DNA of 64,000 bases from Octopus sinensis. Its lineage: Eukaryota. Position 1 is the first letter of the stretch; every line of letters begins with the position of its first letter. Of this stretch, positions 52,205-63,511 are shown one piece after another. The notes under the pieces were generated by a model. That model saw only the letters and a program-made list of their open reading frames with translations. It had not been told where the DNA came from and searched no databases. The stretch is taken from the NCBI RefSeq assembly GCF_006345805.1, contig NC_043000.1:14198001-14262000 (forward strand), in the 5' to 3' direction. A program made the translations under genes and the position numbers.

Positions 52205-52390
52205 CAAATCGAAAATAAACATAAACACAACAAAATCAAAAGGATGTTCATAGTATTAGATTGACGTTCAGTTTAAGCTCGAAAAAAGGAGAGGTGAGTA
52301 ACGTTTCGAGCAGGCTTTTCGTCCGAAAGAGGATAGAAGGTCTGGTGAAAAGGAAAAATAGTCCAAAAAATGTTCGTGTGTGGTTACATG
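52205..52390 (-). mobile_element. Penelope-like pLTR-type repeat with degenerate hammerhead (52299-52325)
   Basis: Minus strand CGGACGA-aaagcctgctc-GAAACGTTA; abuts (TA)n. Confidence 0.5.
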
Positions 52391-52391
52391 G

Positions 52392-52439
<48 letters not shown>

Positions 52440-52710
52440 AAGTTTCCTGGATCCTGCGACGAATATATTTTCCCCTGGACAAGACGCCGATCCGTCGCAG
52501 GATTACTCGTTTTTGCTAGCTGAGTGGACTGGAGCAATGTGAAATGAAGTGTTTTGCTCAAGAACACAATGCATCGCGCGGTCCAGGAATCGAAGCCACA
52601 TTCTTACGATCAAGAATGCAACATTCTAACCACTAAGCCATGTGTGTGTGAGTGTGTGCGTGCGCTCACGCGTGTGTGTATGTATGTATGTATATATGTA
52701 TGTATGTATG

Positions 52711-52786
<76 letters not shown>

Positions 52787-53329
52787 GACTAATTTAATCT
52801 ACAGCATATAAGCCTTCTCCTTTTTGGGGACAGCTGTAATTCATAGTAATTTATCATTAATGACTGATGCTCATACAGAGTAATTATCACACCATCTCCA
52901 CCACTGTCACCACCACTTAACCATAATAACCTAGGGAAGAACCTTCTGTACGTTCTCCAGATCTGCAAGAAATCATTGTTAAAATCTCCTTCGTATACTA
53001 TCCTACCGAGTTGAAAATTACAATGTATAACAATGAAAAACAAAACGGAAATGAGAATAACCTTCTCTAGGGCTATTTTGTGTGTAGATTACGAATATAA
53101 CATCCGTTTCTTTCTATGACCCTTCAGTCTCTCGTAAACTACCATCTTATTTACGTTATATACACTGATGGTTCCGTAGGAATTGAGTGCAAACAAGATT
53201 TGGCCGAAACTGACAACTCTAAAAGTTATGAACAGATTTTGATATAATTTTGACGGGGTGTTCCTAAGGTATTTGTAAATGTAACCTATGAAAATTATAG
53301 AAGTGCACTCAATATTTTTATAGTTGTAT

Positions 53330-54870
53330 GGGTCCAAATCCGTTGTAAATCTGACAAGAAACCACCTCAGCACCCAACTTGAACTCAATGATCTAGTTCG
53401 TGATCTAACACTTACTAAGCAACAGAGTGAAGTCCTGGCCCAACTCCTGCAACAATAGAACCTGTTGGACAAAGATGCTCGAATTACAGTATTTAGGAAG
53501 TGTTCTGCAGATCTACAACAATTCTTAACTTTGGAAAACAACTTGAGTTATCGTAATGATATCAGAGACCTATCCAATGCCCTTGAGCTGACCTATGAAC
53601 CAAATGAGTGGAGGTTATTCATGGATGCATCCCTTTACAGCATAAAAGCGGTTCTGTTGCACATTGGGAACACCATGCCTTCAGTTCCAATTGCTAAGTC
53701 AGTAATTTTAAGAGAGACATATGGGAACCTCGCTTTTATTCTAGACTGTATAAGTTACAAGGAGCATGAGTGGCTAATTTGTGCGGACTTGAAAGTAGTA
53801 GCCCTACTTAATGGGCTACAAACTGGATACACCAAGTTTATGTGCTTTCTTTGCAAGCAGGATAGTAGGGCCAGATCAGAACATTATGTACGCTCAGAAT
53901 GGCTACCTCAGGAAACTACGATGCCTGGATGCCATAATGTAAGTCATTAGCCACTAGTTAAGGAGAAAATCATTTTACCATATTGCATATAAAATTAGGC
54001 CTAATGAAGCAATTTACCAAGGCACTGCAATATAACAAGCCATGTTTCCAGTAGCTCAAGGCGATCTTCCCTAACATAAGTGATGCCGAGATTAAATAGG
54101 GCAGATTCATAGGCCCTCAGATTCGTCAACTTATAGCTGATGAGGACTTCGAGGCGACAATAGATGAAACTGAGCTCGCAGCCTGGCATGCATTCAAAGA
54201 TGTATGCAAAGGACTTTTGGGAAAGCACCAAGTGGCACAGCGAGAGAGAGTATAGTGGAGAGCCTAATCAAGTGCTACCAAGATTATGGGTGCAATATGT
54301 CACTGAAAATACACTTTATTCATCCTCATCTGTCCTTCTTCCCAGAGAATGCAGATGTGCGTGATGAACATGGAGAGAGATTCCATCAAGATATAGCGTC
54401 AATAGAAAACAAGTATAAGGGAAAATGAAACCCAGCTATGCTGGCTGACCTCTGCTGGCTGACCTCTGCTGGCTGACCTCTGCTGGCTGACCTCTGCTGG
54501 CTGACCTCTGCTGGCTGACCTCTGCTGGCTGACCTCTGCTGCAACCTGAAGCGTCACACGCATGAGACGTCTTATGAACGAGGAAGTAAATACTAAAATG
54601 TAGGTTAATACATCACATAATTCTAACAAACATGCCGATTCATTATATATTTATGAATTAATTACAATGGACATACTTAATTTGACTTTGGGAGCAAAAT
54701 ATCGTGGAAACTGGTATAAACTGCATAGTTATTTAGTCGGTAAATTACAAGAAAATGTGACGCGATGGGAAATTTTTGTTACAAAATTCGAATTTAGCAC
54801 AATCAACCTCATAATAAAATGTACATGAGAATTATGTCTTTTTCTTGACCCTGAAATTTGTTGTTCAGTG
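53330..54870 (+). pseudogene. Chapaev3-like (CMC/Transib-RAG1-related) transposase pseudogene with right terminus
   Basis: ELNDLVRDL, WRLFMDAS..SIKAVLLH.GN, WLICADLKVVALL.GLQ.GYTK.MCFLC, LHIKLGLMKQF, FIGPQIRQL, MSLKIHFIH.HL.FFP, DEHGERFHQDI, MLAD.CW; ends ...GAAATTTGTTGTTCAGTG (a CAC-type terminus). Family assigned from recalled motifs. Confidence 0.8.
54440..54537. repeat. 14-bp tandem repeat GCTGGCTGACCTCT x7 inside the transposase
   Basis: Units start at 54440, 54454, ... 54524. Confidence 0.97.
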
Positions 54871-55078
54871 TTATTTAATACACAAAGCAAAGTATCTTTA
54901 TAAATTGTACCAAAAAGAATGACGCGATTGTGTAGTCAAGACAAAGAAGGCCATTTTCAGCGATCTGTACTCACACGCGAAAATATTTCCCACATCTGTG
55001 AACCCCTTCAGTGCGAAGTGTAACGGTGGTCAGTCGAGTCCGAGAAAGACGGTTCTGCAATTTCTTGCTGAACAACCT

Positions 55079-55473
55079 ATTTTTTTGCTACCCACAGGGG
55101 GCTAAACACAGAGGGGACAAACAAGGACAAACAAACGATTACATCGACCCCAGTGTGTAACTGGTACTTAATTTATCGACTCCGAAAGGATGAAAGGCTA
55201 AGTCGACCTCGGCGGAATTTGAACTCAGAACGTAACGGCAGACGAAATACCTATTTCTTTACTACCCACAAGGGGCTAAACACAGAGGGGACAAACAAGG
55301 ACAAACAAACGGATTAAGTCGATTACATCGACCCCAGTGTGTAACTGGTACTTAATTTATCGACCCCGAAAGGATGAAAGGCTAAGTCGACCTCGGCGGA
55401 ATTTGAACTCAGAATGTAACGGCAGACGAAATACCGCTAAGCATTTCGCCCGGCGTGCTAATGTTTCTGCCAA
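55079..55473 (-). mobile_element. SINE-B dimer with a single 15-bp TSD
   Basis: cttgctgaacaacct at 55064-55078 and 55474-55488. Confidence 0.9.
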
Positions 55474-55645
55474 CTTGCTGAACAACCTGCACAGATGAGT
55501 TGTCTATAGTGATCAAATCTATGTGATGTACATTAGCTCACTCCGCCAGCAAACCGACATTGCCTGTACAGGTGCATGGTGTGCCACACGTTAAATGTTG
55601 AATTAATCGAGGAGGTGAAGTGTTTTGCTCAAGAACACAACGCAA

Positions 55646-56065
55646 TGTTCGGTACGGGAAACTCACTGTTCGGTACGGGAAACTCACTGTTCGGTACGGG
55701 AAACGCACTGTTCGGTACGGGAAACGCACTGTTCGGTACGGGAAACGCACTGTTCGGTACGGGAAACGCACTGTTCGGTACGGGAAACGCACTGTTCGGT
55801 ACGGGAAACTCACTGTTCGGTACGGGAAACTCACTGTTCGGTACGGGAAACTCACTGTTCGGTACGGGAAACTCACTGTTCGGTACGGGAAACTCACTGT
55901 TCGGTACGGGAAACGCACTGTTCGGTACGGGAAACGCACTGTTCGGTACGGGAAACGCACTGTTCGGTACGGGAAACGCACTGTTCGGTACGGGAAACTC
56001 ACTGTTCGGTACGGGAAACTCACTGTTCGGTACGGGAAACGCACTGTTCGGTACGGGAAACGCAC
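55646..56065. repeat. 21-bp minisatellite x20, TGTTCGGTACGGGAAAC(T/G)CAC, inside a family-D SINE head
   Basis: 20 contiguous units; the flanks reconstruct a minus-strand tRNA-like head and gttgtgttcttgagcaaaacacttca. Confidence 0.97.
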
Positions 56066-56296
56066 CCGCGATCACGCGATCGTCAGTGAAACACCCGAAT
56101 CATTAAACCACGCACCCTCACACGAATCAGCTCAAAATAAGCTTGTAGATCCTTTCTACTATAGACAAAGGGCCTGAAATTTGGGGGAATGGGGCTAGTG
56201 GATTACATTGATTTCAGTGTTCAATTGATACTTATTTATCGACTCCGTAAAGATGCAGGGCATAGTCGACCTCGGCGGAATTTGAACTCAGAATAT

Positions 56297-56685
56297 GATG
56301 ATGGAAGCACTCCGTCGGTTACGACGATGAGGGTTCCGGTTGATCCAATCAACGGAACAGCCTGCTCGTGAAATTAACGTGCAAGTGGCTGAGCACTCCA
56401 CAGACACGTGTACCCATAACGTAGTTCTCGGGGATATTCAGCGTGACACAGAGAGTGACAAGGCTGGCCCTTTGAAATACAGGTACAACAGAAACAGGAA
56501 GTAAGAGTTAGAGAAAGTTGTGGTGAAAGAGTACAGCAGGGATCACCACCATCCCTGCCGGAGCTTCATGGAGCTTTAGGTGTTTTCGCTCAATAAACAC
56601 TCACAACGCTCGGTCTGGGAATCGAAACCGCGATCCTATGACCGCGAGTCCGCTGCCCTAGCCACTGGGCCATTGCGCCTCCACC
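56297..56685 (-). mobile_element. SINE family C nested in an older SINE-B variant (~56150-56730)
   Basis: TSD actcagaatat at 56286-56296 and 56686-56696. Confidence 0.9.
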
Positions 56686-57288
56686 ACTCAGAATATAAGG
56701 CCGGGAAAAATGCCGTTAAGCATTTTGCCTTACAGTAAGCTTGTAAATACCAATTAGAATACGACTCGCCTTATCGATTCAATTGTTTCCAAATGTTCAG
56801 TCGTTAAGTAAGAGATCGTAAAATGAAAGATCGTTAAGTGAGAGATCGTTAAATGACTGATCGTTAAGTGAGAGCTATTTAAGGGAGAGATTTATCCACA
56901 TAGAAATAATGTTAAAGACAGTGGCTATGTTCCCGCTGCTGATATTTGACGGAATTGTTTTTTTTTTTAATGTTAACTAATGAGAAATAAAAGTACAGTA
57001 AATGTATGACCAATCTGTTACTTATTTTATTCTTTTACTTGTTTCAGTCATGTGACTGTGGCCATGCTGGAGCATCGCCTTTAGTCGAGCAAATCGACCC
57101 CAGGACGTATTTCTTTCGGCCTCCTCCCACGAGCACATTTTTCAAAACTGGCCCCTTTTCAACAATCTCTTTAAACTCTTTAATTCACCTGTGCGATAAA
57201 AGTGGAATATCTTTTTTTTTTGTTGTTTTTGTTTGTTTTAGATAATTGCATGCCTTGAAAGAACTTTCTGGAATCATTACTTTATTTG

Positions 57289-57580
57289 TGAAGGTGCATG
57301 ACTCAGTGGTTCACAATCGTCTGGCTCACAATCATGAGGTAGTGAGTTCGATTCCCGGTCGGGCCGTGTGTTGCGTTCTTGAGCAAGACACTTTATTTCA
57401 CGTTGCTCAGTTTACTCAGCTGTAGAAATGAGTTGCGACGTTACTGGTGCCAGGTTGTATCGGCCTTTGCCTTTCCCTTGAATAACATCGGTGGCTTGGA
57501 GAGGGAGAAGACTGGCATACATGGGCGACTGCTGGTCTTCCTTGGAGGATAACTTTCTGGGAATTTCAACCGTGGTTCGT
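57289..57580 (+). mobile_element. SINE family D copy
   Basis: Matches 10518-10850. Confidence 0.85.
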
Positions 57581-58023
57581 GGTCTGCTACAACAACAGTT
57601 CCTTAATAGGATCCAGTTAGCTCAAGACATCATCAGGAGGAACCACGTCCGGTTTCGGCCCCTACTCCTCTATCGTTTTGACGTAGCCCCCCCCCCCTTC
57701 GGAGGTGTCTTCAACTCTAGTGTTGGGTGCATGTCTTCTTTCTTCTTCTTTCTTCTGTTCCCTGGCCTCTTCGATGTAGCGTCAACGAGTGGCAGCGGGC
57801 GACTGACTGTTTTGTCAATTTTTTTCCCTTTAGATACCTGCTGCTAGGCTCCAGCAGGCAGTCCCAGCAAGTTGTCACGTGTCACTGTCTCAACTTTAAC
57901 TGACCCCGATGAAGGCGCGTAGTCTTCCCATGGTCAGTATTGACAGAAGACGGTCTTTACTCTTTTTTACTTTATTTTGCCAACCTTCTGTGTTCTTGAA
58001 CTGTCTGCCGAACCACCTGTGAT

Positions 58024-58602
58024 GTACTGGTGGCTGCTGACATCTGAAGAACCAAAACAAACCCTGACGTCATAACCTCTTGACATAGGATGATCACATG
58101 GGAGTTTCATCTTTTTCACATCACACCAAACAATTTTTAACTCATTTCTCTTACATTACGCTAAATATTTCATTACTTATAAGTTAACTGTATTCAACAG
58201 TCGTTAATTTCATGTTTCAGTAACAATGTCATTATGTATGCAACTTGCAACTACTGATATTGGTGGCGAGCTGGCAGAATCGTTAGCACGTCGGGCGAAA
58301 TGCTTTGCGGTATTTCGGCTGCCGTTACGTTGTGAGTTCAAATTCCGCCGAGGTCGACTTTGCCTTTCATCCTTTCGAGGTCGATAAATTAAGTACCAGT
58401 TACGCACTGGGGTCGATGTAATCGACTTGATCCGTTTGTCTGTCCTTGCTTGTCCCCTCTGTGTTTAGCCCCTTGTGGGTAGTAAAGAAATAGATATTGG
58501 TGTGATGTGAAAAAGATGAAACTCCCATGTGATCATCCTATGTCAAGAGGTTATGACGTCAGGGTTTGTTTTGGTTCTTCAGATGTCATCAGCCACCAGT
58601 AC
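58024..58602. repeat. Near-perfect ~106-bp inverted repeat (58024-58129 / 58497-58602) with a SINE-B (58262-58492) in the spacer
   Basis: gtactggtggctgctgacatctgaagaacc...cacatcacaccaa is mirrored by ttggtgtgatgtg...ggttcttcagatgtcatcagccaccagtac. Confidence 0.92.
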
Positions 58603-58639
58603 CACTAACCTAAGAACCTGGCTACCCTAATGGCGGTCT

Positions 58640-59327
58640 TATTTGCACCAGGTACCAAGCTGGTATTCGTATTAGACTCGCAATATGTGTTGGATCGCGT
58701 ATACAAGTAGCTGCAACGGGGCTTCCTCGAAGTATCTTCCGGAGCAACGTTGCTCGACTGAATACAGAGCTCGGAGATCAGGGAACTTCCCCGGGTCAAG
58801 CCGCTACTTCTCCGCATTGAGGGGGACCATAGTTCCGGTATTACAGACATGTGGTTAGAATGTGACAGAAATGAATCACATTTAGGAATCCAGTCAGAAA
58901 GTGTAATAACGTTTGTTTCTGATAGGACACTGTGGAGGAAGTGTCTTAGGACTCTGCCTCCACGATCGGATCTTTTCACTTTGACCGGCAGATTTTAAAA
59001 TAATTTCTTTGTAACTAAACACTTTCAAACTTCGTATACTGGTAGAATGCGTCACATAAAACATCTTTTTCTCTTGGCGTTCTTGAGAAAATGCTGTAGT
59101 TTGTAAGCTATTTGTTGTTAAATTTCTCGTATTTCGGCAATTTCAACTAATCAAAGAATTTTCTCAAGAACGCCAAGAGAAAAAGATGTTTTATTTGACA
59201 CATTCTACCAGTATACGAAGTTTAAAAGTGTTTAGTTACCAAAAAATTATTTTTTTAAAATCTGCCGATCAAAGTGAAAAGATTCCCACGATCTTCCCAG
59301 AAATATTGGGTGGAGATGAATGGATAG
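58640..59327 (+). pseudogene. 3' remnant of a Rex3/Expander-like RTE LINE, interrupted by a MITE
   Basis: SRIQVAA../FL.VSSGATLLD*IQSSEIRELPRVKPLLLRIE and HLGIQSESV...DRTLWRKCLRTLPPRS resemble the Rex3/Expander C-terminus; ends in a gatgaatggata-type tail. Confidence 0.7.
58968..59285. mobile_element. Palindromic MITE with GG termini and 8-bp TSD (Merlin-like)
   Basis: TSD ccacgatc at 58960-58967 and 59286-59293; ~125-bp inverted arms starting GGATCTTTTC. Confidence 0.88.
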
Positions 59328-59396
59328 AAATACTTCGATTGTGTCTCCGATTTCGTTTCAGAGTTTTATTCTTGTTGATAGAATATCACTCGAATT

Positions 59397-59806
59397 GGAT
59401 CTTTTCGGTTTGAACGGCAGTTTTTTAACAAAATTTCTAGGTAACTAAAAAATTTTAAACTTCGTATACTGGTAGAATGTGTTTATAAAACATCTTTATC
59501 TCTTGGCTTTATTGAGATAATTCTATAGTTTGTAAGATATATTTTTTTTTCAATTTCTGCAATTTCAACCAATCAATAACGTCTATTGAGTTAAAAAGCA
59601 TTCTGTGCCGTATGAATATGTCCCTCGTTTAAGAAATAGATTGTGTTTATTTACATTTGTGAAGAAAAAAAGGTACCCTTCCCCCACCCCTAACCCTAAC
59701 CCTAAAATAGATTGAAATGCAATAGATCGATTCTAGGGTCATAATTATGGGTGACAATTTCATATGACACCGCTAGAAAAAACTGCCGTTCAAACCGAAG
59801 AGATCC
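59397..59806. mobile_element. Related Merlin-like MITE with ~28-bp TIRs and internal (CCCTAA)3
   Basis: GGATCTTTTCGGTTTGAACGGCAGTTTTT ... AAAAACTGCCGTTCAAACCGAAGAGATCC; tcgaatt on both flanks. Confidence 0.88.
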
Positions 59807-60379
59807 CTTCGAATTTGTTAGAGTATGTAAAAAATTTCGATTGTGTCTGCGCTTTCGTTTCGTAGTTAAATTTGTATTTTGCGTAACGCTCGAACCTCTT
59901 TCATAATGTTCAAATTTTCAATTATGTCTTCGACTTCGTTCCATAGTAAAGTTTGTTTAAAGTCGACAACTTGAAAACATTGTCACGAGCTTCATATTTT
60001 CCCTTGCTACTTCAACATATCTCTCCCTCTGATATATCATTGTTTGCCTATATTTTTCAATGCATTATTCCGTTTTAGATCGTACAATTAGATACTTTAT
60101 ATCTACTTTTCTTATCATATTTTCTTTCATCACAACTCAAATAATTATTCGCAGAATTTACTTTGCACCCTTAACAACAAATGCGTAAACAATATAACAG
60201 TTAAGAAAAATCTTATCATTAAAAATTATCAAAATATGTTTAACTCGTTTAGTTCATACAACTCCAAACACAGACATTATTCTATCAGTACTGATTAAAT
60301 TTTAAATAACTTAAATACAACCGCATGAAAGACACTACTAACACGTCAGAATTTACACATTTCTATCAATAGTTTGTAA

Positions 60380-61915
60380 CACAAAGCATCGCCCTCTTTT
60401 TATACTCTTCCTGTATAAAAGCTTGGGTCTTTTCGGTTTGAACGGCAGTTTTTTAAAATAATTTCTAGGTAACTAAACACTTTTAAACTTCGTATACTGG
60501 TAGAATGTGTTTATAAAACATCTTTTTCTCTTGGCCTTATTGAGAAAATTCTATGGTTTGTAAGATATTTGTTGTTGTTTTTCTTCGATTTCTGCAATTT
60601 CAACCAATCAATGACGTCTGTTGAGGTAAAAAAAAAACATTCTGTGCCGTATGAATATGTCCCTCTTTTTATACCTTCCTGTATAAAAGCTCGGATCTTT
60701 TCGGTTTGAACGGCAGTTTTTTAAAATAATTTCTAGGTAACTAAACACTTTTAAACTTCGTATACTGGTAGAATGTGTTTATAAAACATCTTTTTCTCTT
60801 GGCCTTATTGAGAAAATTCTATGGTTTGTAAGATATTTGTTGTTGTTTTTCTTCAATTTCTGCAATTTCAACCAATTAATGACGTCTGTTGAGGTAAAAA
60901 AAAAACAACATTCTGTGCCGTATGAATATGTCCCTCGTTTAAGAAACAGATTGTGTTTATTTACATTTGTGAAGAAAAAAGATACCCTTCCCCCAACCCC
61001 TAACCCTAACCCTAAAACAGATTGAAATGCAATAGATCGATACTAGGGTCATAATTATGGGTGACAATGTCATATGACACCGCTAGAAAAAACTGCCGTT
61101 CAAACCGAAAAGATCCATAGTTTTAACAAAGCATCGCCCTCTTTTTATACTCTTCCTGTATAAAAGCTTGGGTCTTTTCGGTTTGAACGGCAGTTTTTTA
61201 AAATAATTTCTAGGTAACTAAACACTTTTAAACTTCGTATACTGGTAGAATGTGTTTATAAAACATCTTTTTCTCTTGGCCTTATTGAGAAAATTCTATG
61301 GTTTGTAAGATATTTGTTGTTGTTTTTCTTCGATTTCTGCAATTTCAACCAATCAATGACGTCTGTTGAGGTAAAAAAAAAACATTCTGTGCCGTATGAA
61401 TATGTCCCTCTTTTTATACCCTTCCTGTATAAAAGCTCGGATCTTTTCGGTTTGAACGGCAGTTTTTTAAAATAATTTCTAGGTAACTAAACACTTTTAA
61501 ACTTCGTATACTGGTAGAATGTGTTTATAAAACATCTTTTTCTCTTGGCCTTATTGAGAAAATTCTATGGTTTGTAAGATATTTGTTGTTGTTTTTCTTC
61601 AATTTCTGCAATTTCAACCAATTAATGACGTCTGTTGAGGTAAAAAAAAAACAACATTCTGTGCCGTATGAATATGTCCCTCGTTTAAGAAACAGATTGT
61701 GTTTATTTACATTTGTGAAGAAAAAAGATACCCTTCCCCCAACCCCTAACCCTAACCCTAAAACAGATTGAAATGCAATAGATCGATACTAGGGTCATAA
61801 TTATGGGTGACAATGTCATATGACACCGCTAGAAAAAACTGCCGTTCAAACCGAAAAGATCCATAGTTTTAACAAAGCATCGCCCTCTTTTTATACACTT
61901 ACTGTATAAAAGCTC
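60380..61915. repeat. ~746-bp tandem duplication; each unit is a truncated plus a full Merlin-like MITE
   Basis: Truncated copies at 60425-60665 and 61170-61410; full copies at 60693-61116 and 61439-61862; identical ORFs at 60837 and 61583. Confidence 0.92.
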
Positions 61916-63411
61916 TTCTCTAAAAGTAAAAAAAAGTGGGGTTATGGCCCTTCTTCACAATGTTATTAACATTACTAATTCTCCTTTTATATAACGTGAG
62001 ATTTTATTACAATAATATTCTTTTTCATAACATCTCTAAAAAATTGTAAATCCTTCCAATTTCAATATATTTTAGTTTTCTTTAAATTTTTAAATTAACA
62101 ACGCTTTTTTCTGAACTTCAAATCTCGTGAGTTGGCCGACTGGAGTTTCAGGGTCATTTTTGCGAGGAATAATGATAATAAGAGCACTCAGAGAGCGCAA
62201 ACCTCCGCCAATGTTTCTTTATTTTTGGCACTACGGTCACAACACAGAGGGGACACTACAAAGACATCACAGTGAGGACATAAAACATAAAACGAATGCT
62301 GGTGTGTTTACGTCCCCGTAACTTAGCGGTTCGGAGGAGGTAAGTTGATTTCATCCACCTTTAGTACTCAGCTGGTACTGTCGGTCTCGGAACTGAAACC
62401 AGGATCTCGCGATTGTGAGTGTAACACCCTAACTACTAGGCCATGCGTGGGTGGTGATGGACAGTAGAGGAAACTATTATGAAGAAGTCAAGTACTTTGC
62501 TTAAATTGTAAATAAAATAATAGATTTTAAAATCGATTTTAGCGTTCGATTTCTTTTGGACAGGCGTCGTACTTAATTAAAAGAGCATCGGAGGTTCTTG
62601 CGGTTATAGAGTATTTGTAGTGTTTAGTTCATACCTTCCCATGATTCCAGCGCAAATTGCAACGAGGTCGATAGTATAAAAATAAGAACGTTCTCCTATT
62701 CTTAATAATATATTTTACTGACTATATTTTACATGCAGCGGCAATACACATAAGTTTGTGATGACAACATGATTTCTTTTTAAGATATATACATTATTTA
62801 TTTTACATATTTTACAATCATGTGGATTCTAAGAGTTCGTAAGCGTTAGCATGTTTTTGTGTCTGTGTGTTCGTTAGGCGTAAAAAGGTACTGACCAGTG
62901 AAATGACGATGGGATTTGATTCACAGTTCATGTTGTTGGTATCGGCCTGGCAACAGGTAATAACAGATGGCTTAAGGTAGTTCTTAGAAGAAACTAGAAC
63001 CCAAGAACAGATAATTGATTTACCGTTTATGAGGTACACTGTAAGAGTTCCATATCAAGATATTGCATGTCGCAGTTGAGATTAATTGAATCACTCGTTG
63101 TGTTTATCTTTCTCTTGATATGAATATACTTCCAGACATGTTACTGTAGCCGTTTTTTCCGTGGCGAGAATTTCACCTAACCGCTATAGTTGAATCTGTA
63201 GTTGTCTCGTGTACAATTTAAATCTTCGATGTTTGTCGATTGGTTCTTGCTGCTTCTTCATTATTTTCTGCTTGGTTATTTTTCTCTAGTTATAGATATC
63301 TTGTAACCGTTTTCTTCATGGTGATATTTCACATTAACAGTATGAGAGGTATCTGTAACATCTTGTATTAATGGTGGTCGCCTGCCTCGAAACTGGAACT
63401 TGGTCGAGTAT

Positions 63412-63511
63412 TCTGTGTGGTCAGAGACTTAGTTCTTAAAAGAACTAAAAGCCTAAGGCGAGCTGTGTGGTCAGAGGTTTAGCTCTGAGAAGAACTAAAA
63501 ACCTAAGACGA
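63412..63511. repeat. Diverged 50-bp direct repeat x2
   Basis: ctgtgtggtcagag..tag.tct..aagaactaaaa.cctaag.cga occurs twice. Confidence 0.75.

Noticed and set aside
55538-56177. Five overlapping ORFs with 7-aa repeats, or a CRISPR-like array
   Set aside because: Artefact of a 21-bp tandem repeat inside a SINE; no spacers.
57800-57930. Strong-looking splice acceptor (ctgac...tttttttccctttag) as a host exon
   Set aside because: All three frames stop within ~70 bp and no clear donor site precedes the stops.
59688-59705. Telomere or chromosome-fusion scar
   Set aside because: Only three hexamers, and they are an internal part of a multicopy MITE.
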